Assembly (NCBI GenBank): GCA_002733355.1 | Contig: NVVN01000014.1 | Location: 25,114-35,192 of the forward strand | Length of the DNA stretch: 10,079 nt | Source: Sulfurovum sp. | GTDB taxonomy: Bacteria; Campylobacterota; Campylobacteria; Campylobacterales; Sulfurovaceae | Direction of reading: 5' to 3' | Part shown: positions 1 to 7,260 of the stretch, in pieces | Numbering within the stretch: the stretch's first letter is position 1 | Layout of the letters: each line of letters starts with the position of its first letter | Notes under the pieces: model-generated | Told to the model about the DNA's origin: nothing | The model's database searches: none | The model's input: the letters and a program-made list of their open reading frames with translations, nothing else | Position numbers and translations under genes: made by a program

Positions 1-86
1 CCTGTGAGTTTCTCTTTTGGGTATTCTTTTTGTAGTTTTTGTAAAAAGTAATGGCTGTCAACAGAACAGCAGATATGTACTAGCAT
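1..86 (-). CDS. queH: Epoxyqueuosine reductase QueH (DUF208), 5' part only; runs off the left edge
   Basis: Not in the ORF track. Manual minus-strand translation from ATG at 86 gives MLVHICCSVDSHYFLQKLQKEYPKEKLTG..., containing the N-terminal HICC motif of QueH. The start overlaps the end of lpxB by 7 bp. Confidence 0.8.
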   Translation of the reverse strand, partial: MLVHICCSVDSHYFLQKLQKEYPKEKLT

Positions 87-1129
87 GAGGTATCCATAAT
101 GATTTTAGCTACATTCTTACTACTACCGTGAGAAAGATAAGCTTTTAATTCTTCTGCTTTTTTTGCGAAGATTTTTCGGTCTGTATTGTAGTACTCTTGC
201 AGCAAATTGTCAACTGTTACATTTTCTTGAAGTATTTCATTATGTAAGGTAGTGTCATTGTAGTTGCTAAGTATGATATTAGCCAGACCGACTTGTTTGA
301 TACCCAGTATTTTGGTACCTATGAAAAAATCTATTTTTTTTGCGATGTAGGCAAGGGTAAATGGTACACCTATCAGTGCAGCTTCAAGCGTGGCTGTACC
401 AGAACAGATAAATGCAAATTCTGAGCGTCTGAGTGCTTCGTGAGTATCACGCAGGACTTCAAACTCTCGGTTGCCTCTATAGAGTTTGGCTATTTTATTT
501 CGGCTAAATGAGGGAGGAATAACAAGAAGTGGGCGGATGTCATTGCCAAGTTTTCGTCTTAGTTCTAAAAATATAGGCATGAGTCGTTTAATTTCAGAGG
601 CACGAGAACCCGGCATAAAGGCGATGACATTTTTTGTTTCTGTTTCGTTTCGATGTATGTTTATCTCATCTAAAAGAGGGTGACCAACGTATTGTGCTTT
701 GCCTTGTGGATAATAGTTTACTTCAAAGGGGAGTATGCCAAGAAGTTTGTCACAGTATTTTTCCAGTTTTTCTACACGTTTTGGACGACTTGCCCACACT
801 TGAGGTAAAATGTAGTAGATGATTTCTTTGTTGGGGTATTTTTCTTTGAGCTTTTTAGCAAGAGGCAAATTAAACCCAGAAGAGTCCATGAGGAGTATTT
901 TGTCTGCATCTTTAGCTAATGTTACCAATTCATCTGCCACTTTAAAAAACCAACGTATTTTTATGATGGCATCCACCACACCCATGATGGCCATTTCAGA
1001 GATATCATGAAGAGGTGTTCCTAGTGATTTATCAAAAACACCTATGAGTTCCACATCTTTAGTGTGTTTGAGGACTTCTTTTAAGTGAAGGTTTGAGGAA
1101 GGTTCTAAGGCACTGACTAATAATTTCAT
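80..1129 (-). CDS. lpxB: Lipid-A-disaccharide synthase
   Basis: LpxB motifs SALEPSSNLH, YYILPQVWA, LPFE, YVGHPL, MPGSR and SGTATLE. The start is placed at ATG 1129 (MKLLVSALE) rather than 1219, because the longer ORF would overlap the SixA-like gene. Confidence 0.93.
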   Translation of the reverse strand: MKLLVSALEPSSNLHLKEVLKHTKDVELIGVFDKSLGTPLHDISEMAIMGVVDAIIKIRWFFKVADELVTLAKDADKILLMDSSGFNLPLAKKLKEKYPNKEIIYYILPQVWASRPKRVEKLEKYCDKLLGILPFEVNYYPQGKAQYVGHPLLDEINIHRNETETKNVIAFMPGSRASEIKRLMPIFLELRRKLGNDIRPLLVIPPSFSRNKIAKLYRGNREFEVLRDTHEALRRSEFAFICSGTATLEAALIGVPFTLAYIAKKIDFFIGTKILGIKQVGLANIILSNYNDTTLHNEILQENVTVDNLLQEYYNTDRKIFAKKAEELKAYLSHGSSKNVAKIIMDTSC

Positions 1130-1151
1130 ACTTTTCCCAGATTTATTTACA

Positions 1152-1631
1152 TTATTTATATTTTTTAGGATACTCAAAAAACTTCTGTTTTCCCTTATGT
1201 GGGGCGACACTATCTTCAAGTTCTATGGCGACTACTGCAGCAGTAGCTAAGTTATAGATGGACTTATTTGAGAGTAAATCATTGAGAGCAGTAAGTCCTG
1301 GATTGTGTCCCACTATCATCAGGCTATCTACTTCTTGAAACATCTCTTCTACCAAATACTGAAGGCTAATGTGAGATGCTTCATAAATGCGTTCATCAAA
1401 ACGAAGTTCTCCACCCAAAGTTTCATGGTAATGTTTAGCCGTTGTTTTAGCACGTTTGGCAGGAGAGGAGAGTATAAGTTCAGGCTTGGCACCTTTTTCT
1501 TTAAGTAGCTTTGCCATAAAAGGTGCATCTCTTTCTCCTCTTGGATTAAGAGGGCGTTCAAAGTCAGAGAGTGTATTGTCACCCCAGTCAGACTTGGCAT
1601 GACGGGCGATGTAAAGAGTTTTTTTAGGCAT
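1152..1631 (-). CDS. sixA: SixA-like histidine phosphatase (phosphoglycerate mutase superfamily)
   Basis: RHAKS catalytic motif, DFERPLNPRG, SSPAKRAKTT and IVGHNPGL; 159 aa. Confidence 0.85.
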   Translation of the reverse strand: MPKKTLYIARHAKSDWGDNTLSDFERPLNPRGERDAPFMAKLLKEKGAKPELILSSPAKRAKTTAKHYHETLGGELRFDERIYEASHISLQYLVEEMFQEVDSLMIVGHNPGLTALNDLLSNKSIYNLATAAVVAIELEDSVAPHKGKQKFFEYPKKYK

Positions 1632-1663
1632 CTTTGTATTCCAGTTTTTTTGCTTTTGATTCT

Positions 1664-1672
1664 ATTTTAACA
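1664..1672 (-). promoter_or_regulatory. Putative extended -10 promoter (TGTTAAAAT) for sixA-lpxB-queH
   Basis: TGnTAAAAT on the minus strand, about 32 nt upstream of the sixA ATG. Confidence 0.45.
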
Positions 1673-1704
1673 TAATTTGGTTTTTGGGTTCAATTTTTTC
1701 TTTA

Positions 1705-3096
1705 TTATATGTTTATCCATCCAAACAGTAAAAACCCAACACTAGCCAACCCAGCACCCAACAACGCATAAGGCAACTGTGTTCGTACATGGCTGATGTG
1801 GTCACAGTCTGCTGCCATGGATGAGATGATGGTGGTATCACTTATGGGTGAGGCATGGTCACCAAAGATTCCACCACTAATCACTGCTGCAATGACTAAG
1901 GGGATGTCCAAATGTAAAGTAGCTGCAAGTGCCAAACCTATGGGCATCATGATAGAGAATGTTCCCCAGCTTGTCCCCGTAGAAAAAGCTGTGATACTTG
2001 CTACCCAAAAGATGAGTAGTGGTACAACGATGGGGGAGATGTTACCTTCCAAAAGAGTAGCTAAGTACTCTGCAGTACCCAAATCACCGATGACTTTACC
2101 TATGAGAAGTGCAAAAATCAAGATACTGGTAACGGGTAACATGTGTGCCATACCCTCATAGAGTCCTTTAAAAAAGCTTGCGTGGGTGAGAGATTTTGTA
2201 GGTATGAAATAGGCATAGATAAAAAAGAGCGTAACTATGACTCCATAGTAAACAGAAGTAGAGCCAGAGCCTTTAAAAATGTCTCCATCTCCTGTAAGAT
2301 ACAAACCTACTGGAACCATAAGTATCATCACTAGTAAAGGCAACACCATTTTGTAGGGTGTGGCTTTAACTGCGGAATCTACTATGGGTGTGATACAAGG
2401 GATGACTTGCGCCTCTTTTTGGGCTTCTTTCATGGGTCCTATATCCCATTTCCATAGTATGGTGGCAAGTAATATGAGTAGGGTGAAGATGGAGTAAAAG
2501 TTATATGGTATAGAAGCGATGAGAAGTGAGACAGCATCACCTGAGATAACTTGAGCATCTATAGCAGTTACGATGAGCCCCAAGAGCAAGGCACCCCAGG
2601 CATTTAGGGGTATGAGTGTACATATAGGAGAAGAACTTGAATCACAAATATATGCTAGTTTTTCTCTACTTACACCATGCTTGTCAAAAAGTGGTTTAGC
2701 TACTGTACCAGCTACTAAAGCCGTGATAGATGACTCTATAAAGATAAGTATACCTATAATGTAAGCCAATAGCATCGCTCCCATTGGAGAGTCAATACGT
2801 TTAGCTTTTTTACTAAGGTAAACCACAAAGCTTTCAACTGCTCCCGAGACAGAGAGTAAGTTGATGATAGCCCCAATAAGAAGCATAAACAAAAGCGTCT
2901 TTACTATCCACCCTTCAGAAAACAAAGCGATAATGCCATCAAAGAGCGCTATAAAAGCTGTAGCAGGGTTGTAGCCATTGAGTACTAAAAAACCTGCAAA
3001 GATACCGCCCATCAAAGAGACAATGACATCTTTGGTTATAATAGCTAAAAAGATGGTGAGAAGTGGGATGGCGACTGAGAGTATTCCGTATTCCAT
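1705..3096 (-). CDS. Na+/H+ antiporter NhaC-family membrane transporter (substrate uncertain; the family includes amino-acid transporters)
   Basis: Many hydrophobic helices; motifs SREKLAYICDS, FSTGTSWGTF and FGDHASPISDTT. The start is placed at ATG 3096 (MEYGIL): an AAGGT SD-like site precedes it and an extended -10 box lies inside the longer ORF. Confidence 0.85.
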   Translation of the reverse strand: MEYGILSVAIPLLTIFLAIITKDVIVSLMGGIFAGFLVLNGYNPATAFIALFDGIIALFSEGWIVKTLLFMLLIGAIINLLSVSGAVESFVVYLSKKAKRIDSPMGAMLLAYIIGILIFIESSITALVAGTVAKPLFDKHGVSREKLAYICDSSSSPICTLIPLNAWGALLLGLIVTAIDAQVISGDAVSLLIASIPYNFYSIFTLLILLATILWKWDIGPMKEAQKEAQVIPCITPIVDSAVKATPYKMVLPLLVMILMVPVGLYLTGDGDIFKGSGSTSVYYGVIVTLFFIYAYFIPTKSLTHASFFKGLYEGMAHMLPVTSILIFALLIGKVIGDLGTAEYLATLLEGNISPIVVPLLIFWVASITAFSTGTSWGTFSIMMPIGLALAATLHLDIPLVIAAVISGGIFGDHASPISDTTIISSMAADCDHISHVRTQLPYALLGAGLASVGFLLFGWINI

Positions 3097-3120
3097 GGGG
3101 TGACCTTGTGTTTTGGTTAG

Positions 3121-3129
3121 ATTATAGCA
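3121..3129 (-). promoter_or_regulatory. Extended -10 promoter (TGCTATAAT) for the NhaC-family gene
   Basis: Perfect TGnTATAAT on the minus strand, 24 nt upstream of ATG 3096. Confidence 0.6.
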
Positions 3130-3173
3130 TAGGGACATTCAATTTTATAAAAGGAAAAGTAAGGCATTGGTAT

Positions 3174-3305
3174 TTAGCCTTTTAAGAATTTTTGTAGTAG
3201 TAACTCTTCAACATTTTATCGTGAATCTAATATACCCATTATATAAACAGTGTCATTTCCAACTTTATATGTAATCCTCACAAGTAGTTCGATACTAAAA
3301 ATCAT
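3174..3305 (-). pseudogene. Relic of a RelE/ParE-family toxin C-terminus with an internal stop
   Basis: The minus frame reads MIFSIELLVRITYKVGNDTVYIMGILDSR*NVEELLLQKFLKG*, with an internal TAA at 3216-3218. It resembles the RIxYk...VYIxxIxDxRxNxxxLL tail of RelE/ParE toxins. Recognised by eye only. Confidence 0.55.
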
Positions 3306-3352
3306 ATCAAGTAGTGACTTTTCTATCTACATTGTTAATGTTTTTTATAGAA

Positions 3353-3485
3353 GACTAACGACTGAGTGAAACGACAAGGTGATGTGACTAAGTAAAAATT
3401 TAATCTTCCATTCTAGCTAACTTCATAAGATAAAAACTTGAATAACCGCACTATATCCTTGTTTGATTTATGCGATTTGTTAGAC
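3353..3485 (-). mobile_element. attC-like integron cassette recombination site (imperfect 133-bp palindrome)
   Basis: On the minus strand it begins GTCTAAC (RYYYAAC), 8 nt after the toxin stop, and ends GTTAGTC (6/7 match to GTTRRRY). The arms pair imperfectly, including ACAAGG 3374-3379 with CCTTGT 3457-3462. The length is within the attC range. Confidence 0.5.
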
Positions 3486-3493
3486 AGCTTACA

Positions 3494-3733
3494 CTACTTG
3501 TAAATATCGCCTCTACTATCAACTTTTAATATTTGTATCTCTTCTTCATTCATATGAAATAGTATTCTATATTTTGATATTCTAATTCTATAAATTGGAG
3601 GTATTTCATTACCTGTTAATCTTTTAACGTCACCATCTGGTAAGTTTTGAATAGCATTAAATATTTTTTCTCGAAGTTTTTTATCATATTTGGAAAACTT
3701 CTTTTCAAAAGTTTTAGAATATGATATTTTCAT
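3494..3733 (-). CDS. Type II toxin, RelE/ParE superfamily (RelE/StbE-like)
   Basis: 79 aa, basic; MKISYSKTFEK..., DVKRLTG, YRIRISKYRILF, VDSRGDIYK. ATGA overlap with the upstream antitoxin. Confidence 0.85.
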   Translation of the reverse strand: MKISYSKTFEKKFSKYDKKLREKIFNAIQNLPDGDVKRLTGNEIPPIYRIRISKYRILFHMNEEEIQILKVDSRGDIYK

Positions 3734-3978
3734 AAGTTAAATTTACTTTTAAAATCATTGTTTGAAGTAAATTCTTCATTTGCCAATATTGATAAAATTT
3801 CTTTTTCATCATCTGCTTCTAATATTAAATCAGCTTGTTGTTTAGTTTTTGAATTCTTTTCAATATATTCACTAAGACTTTCTCTAATCATTTGTGAAAT
3901 TGATTTTTTTTCTATAAAACTTACTGCTCTAGCTTGTTCGTATAACGTTTCATCTATCGTTAAATTTAATCTATGCAT
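3730..3978 (-). CDS. Putative antitoxin with an N-terminal ribbon-helix-helix (CopG-like) domain
   Basis: RLNLTIDETLYEQAR...SISQMIRESL RHH pattern and an acidic C-terminus. It precedes and overlaps the toxin by 4 bp. AGGAG SD at 3984-3988. Confidence 0.75.
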   Translation of the reverse strand: MHRLNLTIDETLYEQARAVSFIEKKSISQMIRESLSEYIEKNSKTKQQADLILEADDEKEILSILANEEFTSNNDFKSKFNL

Positions 3979-3990
3979 AAATACTCCTTA

Positions 3991-4019
3991 ATGTAGTGAT
4001 GTATAAATGTATTATATCA
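3991..4019 (-). promoter_or_regulatory. TA promoter (extended -10 TGATATAAT, 4011-4019) with a candidate autoregulatory operator
   Basis: Perfect TGnTATAAT on the minus strand. ATGTA repeats at 3991, 3999 and 4007 (8-bp period). A 6/7 inverted repeat TGATGTA (3997-4003) / TATATCA (4013-4019). Confidence 0.55.
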
Positions 4020-4139
4020 TAAGTTTATCAATGCATATAAATTAGTATTAAAATATTTTCCGAGCATCAGTACTTCTTCTTACAATTTTTTTGAAGGGCT
4101 AATCATTTACTTTATATTTGTGTACAAGACAAAAAGTTT

Positions 4140-4168
4140 TGCTATACTATTTTATCAAAGTATAAGGA
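4140..4168 (+). promoter_or_regulatory. Extended -10 (TGCTATACT, 4140-4148) and SD (AAGGA, 4164-4168) of the DGR target gene
   Basis: Motif matches at suitable spacing from ATG 4175. Confidence 0.55.
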
Positions 4169-4174
4169 TAGTCT

Positions 4175-6793
4175 ATGTGTACATCTACCATTGGGAAACA
4201 AGCTGAGAATTATGCTGAGGTGATAGTGGGGCAGATAGTGAATAACTTTGAGACACTCTATACTACAGTAGAGAAGTGTGAGGAGTTAAAAGAAGCTAAA
4301 TCTGAGTACGATAAAGCTTCGCCCACCGATAAGACTTTGACTACAATTGATGCACTTCAAAAGCGTGTAGAAATTATAGAAATGCATTTAGGTGATGTGG
4401 TATGCGATGGTTATTCTAGCATAGAACCATTGGCTGTGGGCTTGTTTGGTGAGTGGGGTAGTGGGAAGACGCATCAACTTAAACTCATCAAAAAAACATT
4501 ACTTTCACGGGAATTAAAAGAGGGTATGCCTGTAGTCATACCTGTGTTTTTTAATGCATGGCGTTTTGAGAAAGAAGAGCATATTATATTACCACTCTTT
4601 CAAACACTATTAGATGCTGTAGAAAACCATGAGAGAACCTTTGGTAAAAAGATGGGTAGGACATTTAAATCTACGGTGTATCATCTTAAAAATGTATTGC
4701 TCTCTTTGCATCAGGGTATTAATTGGTCTAGTGCCTATAAAACTGCACGAGGTGTACTGAGCAATAATCTTGAAGATATGAGAGAAGTATCTAGCATACT
4801 TGATGCAGATAAAGTAAACAAAAAAGCCAAAGAAAAAACAGATAAAGAACAAGTAGGAGAACAAACGCTCACACAACTACTACAGCCCGACCAACTTCAA
4901 TCTATCTACCTAAACATTCCCCAATGGATAGAAAAAATCACCCTCTTTGAAGATGTAAACTTCGTCTTCCTCATAGACGACCTAGACCGTTGTCTGCCCG
5001 AAAATACCCTAAAGATGCTAGAGTCTATCAAGCTGTTTTTAGACGTACCTAGCTGTGCTTTCGTGCTGGCAGTAGATGATGATGTGGTAGAGCGTGGAGT
5101 GGTGCATCATTATAGGGATTATCTACAACAAAATAATAATGCAGTTATCTACATGGATGGAAAACAAGTATCTGACGACAAGAATAGTCAAGCACATGAG
5201 TTACCCATAACGGGACATGAATACTTAGAGAAGATGATACAGTTACCTGTTCGTCTGCCTGTAATTGATACAGTGAATGTTAGAAACTTTTTAGAAGAGC
5301 ATAGTAAAGAATGGAAGCAATATTTAGGCAGTAATGAGCTAGCAATAGAAGCAGAAAAATTAGACTTAACTGCAGATAAAAAGGACACTAAAAAACCTAT
5401 AGACGTATTGCTTGATTTTTTTGAAACTAAAATCCCACCTAAGCCTAGAAAGATTAAAAGAACAGCGCTTCTATTTGAAACTAAACTTAGCTTACTTGAT
5501 GGCATGAAGATTGATTATCATCATATGCATATATTGGTAGCCAAGGTGACACTTTTGGAATTATTTGCTCCTAAGCTTTTACGCTTTATACAAAACAACA
5601 GTTATGATAGTATATATAATCGTTTAGTTGAGTTTAAAGACAAGAAAGGCTCTCTAGCCGAGTTAACTAAAATTAATGCATATATAGAGCGTAAAAAAAT
5701 AGATGAACAAAAAGAAAAAGTAGCGAATAAAAAAGAGTCTGAAGAGACAATGGAAAAAGAATGTTACTATACGAAAAAAGATCAGCAAAAATACGTAAAA
5801 ATGATGCGCATAGTGAAAGAACATTATACATCACGTATACTTTTTGATTTAGATACTATATTTACAGCAACTGAAGATAAAGTAAATTTACAAAAAATAA
5901 TAGAGATGAGAGAAAAATCAATTTCTATAAAAGCACAACATAAGATAGAAGACAATGAATTTAAAGAAAAACTTTTTAAAGAAGATGATGTACAGTCATG
6001 GAATGATGCTTTTAAGGTAGATAAGCTTTTTGAGCAAGGTAAAGCAACACTGACAAGTGAACAATTGAAAAATATTATGAAAACTGCAAAAGAAAGAAAT
6101 TTACATTTCAATCATGAATGGAGAAATGCAATCGTCCCCTACATCACAGGGGAACAATTGAAAAGTGATATATATTTTGAGATGTGTGCTACAACAGTGA
6201 CCAAAGGCGATTTTAAAGAATTTGTAGAATACTCAAGCCATATAACAGAAGCAGAAAAGAATAATGGTATGTATATCTATCATGATAAAAAGTGGGAAAA
6301 TAAAAAAGATGCCAGTTGGAAAAAAAGCTATATAAAAGATGAAACTGATAATCATCCAGTAGTAGGCGTCAGTTGGAATGATGCAAAAGCATACATAGAA
6401 TGGAAAAATAAGTCTGATAGCACATACGACTATGTGTTGCCTACGGAGAATGAATGGTACTTAGCGTGCAACAATGATAAAGATAGCAAGTGGCATTTTG
6501 GAAATGATGAGAGCCTATTAAAAGACTATGCATGGTATGCAGAAAATAGTGGTATGAAAACGCATGAAGTCAAATCAAGAGAGCCAAATGATTTAGGACT
6601 CTATGACATGCATGGAAATGTGTGGGAGTGGTGTGAAGGTTGGTATGATGAAGATAAGGATATGAAAGTCCTTCGCGGCGGTTCGTGGAACAATAGTGCT
6701 TTTAGCACAGAGTCGACCTTCCGTAACAGGTACTATCCTAGTAATAGTAACTATATTATTGGGTTTCGTCTCCAGAGAACTTTGTCTTCGTGA
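4175..6793 (+). CDS. DGR target protein: KAP-family P-loop NTPase fused to a C-terminal FGE-sulfatase (SUMF1/CLec-fold) domain carrying the VR
   Basis: KAP NTPase motifs: Walker A GEWGSGKT (4448-4471), FNAWRF, Walker B FVFLIDDLDRC (4961-4993) and YLEKMIQLP. FGE-type motifs from ~aa 667: HPVVGVSWNDA, LPTENEW, GLYDMHGNVWEW, VLRGGSW and GFR. The 3' end matches the TR. Confidence 0.9.
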   Translation: MCTSTIGKQAENYAEVIVGQIVNNFETLYTTVEKCEELKEAKSEYDKASPTDKTLTTIDALQKRVEIIEMHLGDVVCDGYSSIEPLAVGLFGEWGSGKTHQLKLIKKTLLSRELKEGMPVVIPVFFNAWRFEKEEHIILPLFQTLLDAVENHERTFGKKMGRTFKSTVYHLKNVLLSLHQGINWSSAYKTARGVLSNNLEDMREVSSILDADKVNKKAKEKTDKEQVGEQTLTQLLQPDQLQSIYLNIPQWIEKITLFEDVNFVFLIDDLDRCLPENTLKMLESIKLFLDVPSCAFVLAVDDDVVERGVVHHYRDYLQQNNNAVIYMDGKQVSDDKNSQAHELPITGHEYLEKMIQLPVRLPVIDTVNVRNFLEEHSKEWKQYLGSNELAIEAEKLDLTADKKDTKKPIDVLLDFFETKIPPKPRKIKRTALLFETKLSLLDGMKIDYHHMHILVAKVTLLELFAPKLLRFIQNNSYDSIYNRLVEFKDKKGSLAELTKINAYIERKKIDEQKEKVANKKESEETMEKECYYTKKDQQKYVKMMRIVKEHYTSRILFDLDTIFTATEDKVNLQKIIEMREKSISIKAQHKIEDNEFKEKLFKEDDVQSWNDAFKVDKLFEQGKATLTSEQLKNIMKTAKERNLHFNHEWRNAIVPYITGEQLKSDIYFEMCATTVTKGDFKEFVEYSSHITEAEKNNGMYIYHDKKWENKKDASWKKSYIKDETDNHPVVGVSWNDAKAYIEWKNKSDSTYDYVLPTENEWYLACNNDKDSKWHFGNDESLLKDYAWYAENSGMKTHEVKSREPNDLGLYDMHGNVWEWCEGWYDEDKDMKVLRGGSWNNSAFSTESTFRNRYYPSNSNYIIGFRLQRTLSS
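6670..6777 (+). repeat. DGR variable repeat (VR)
   Basis: Ungapped 108-bp match to 8324-8431 with 10 mismatches (6696, 6701, 6702, 6705, 6719, 6720, 6731, 6734, 6752, 6756), each opposite a TR adenine. Confidence 0.96.
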
Positions 6794-6924
6794 TTGGGTC
6801 TTTTTTGGCTTTTTCATTCTTGCTTTTTATTTTTTGTACGATTTGGCATTTAGTGCCTCTCTGCATTTCATTTTAATGCTTAAAAAGAGCCACGCAGTGG
6901 GAAAATAATTGTAAGGAATACCGA

Positions 6925-7260
6925 GTGAATGAAAATTATCCTATCATCGTTAAGAGCTATAGCTTGTCACTATGGTACATCAAAAAGATAGAAAAACTTC
7001 CTAAAAATCATAGATATACACTGGGAGAGAAGATACAGCATAGCCTTATAGAGCTACTGATGACCCTTAGCGACACCATATACTCTAAAGACAAGGCAAA
7101 CTTGCTACTTAGAGCCAATCAAGAGATAGAACGTCTACGTCTTTTAACCAAACTACTCAAAGATTTGTCTATACTCTCTAGCGATAATCATAGGTTTATC
7201 ATAAGTGCTTTAAATGAAATAGGTCAGATGATAGGTGGATGGAAGAAAACACTTACATGA
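6925..7260 (+). CDS. avd: DGR accessory variability determinant (Avd, four-helix-bundle family)
   Basis: 111 aa, basic and helical, with LPKNHRYTLGEKI and EIGQMIGGWKK motifs. GTG start with AAGGAA SD at 6913-6918. Lies directly upstream of the RT. Confidence 0.9.
   Translation: MNENYPIIVKSYSLSLWYIKKIEKLPKNHRYTLGEKIQHSLIELLMTLSDTIYSKDKANLLLRANQEIERLRLLTKLLKDLSILSSDNHRFIISALNEIGQMIGGWKKTLT

Noticed and set aside
1130..1219. N-terminal extensions given by the ORF track for lpxB (also NhaC 3097-3138 and YkuD 8555-8593)
   Set aside because: They overlap a neighbouring gene or contain the promoter/SD motifs. Downstream ATGs fit the family N-termini better.
486..6111. Other small ORFs nested in or antisense to lpxB, sixA, the NhaC-family gene, the antitoxin and the target (also 9540-9770)
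   Set aside because: They overlap well-supported genes and have no recognisable motifs.
6170..6793. Target as a true formylglycine-generating enzyme
   Set aside because: The catalytic cysteine motif after RGGS is absent and replaced by the VR, so this is the binding-type CLec fold.
6794..6835. T-rich tract after the target stop as an intrinsic terminator or phase-variable tract
   Set aside because: No GC stem precedes it, and the homopolymer runs are short and intergenic.
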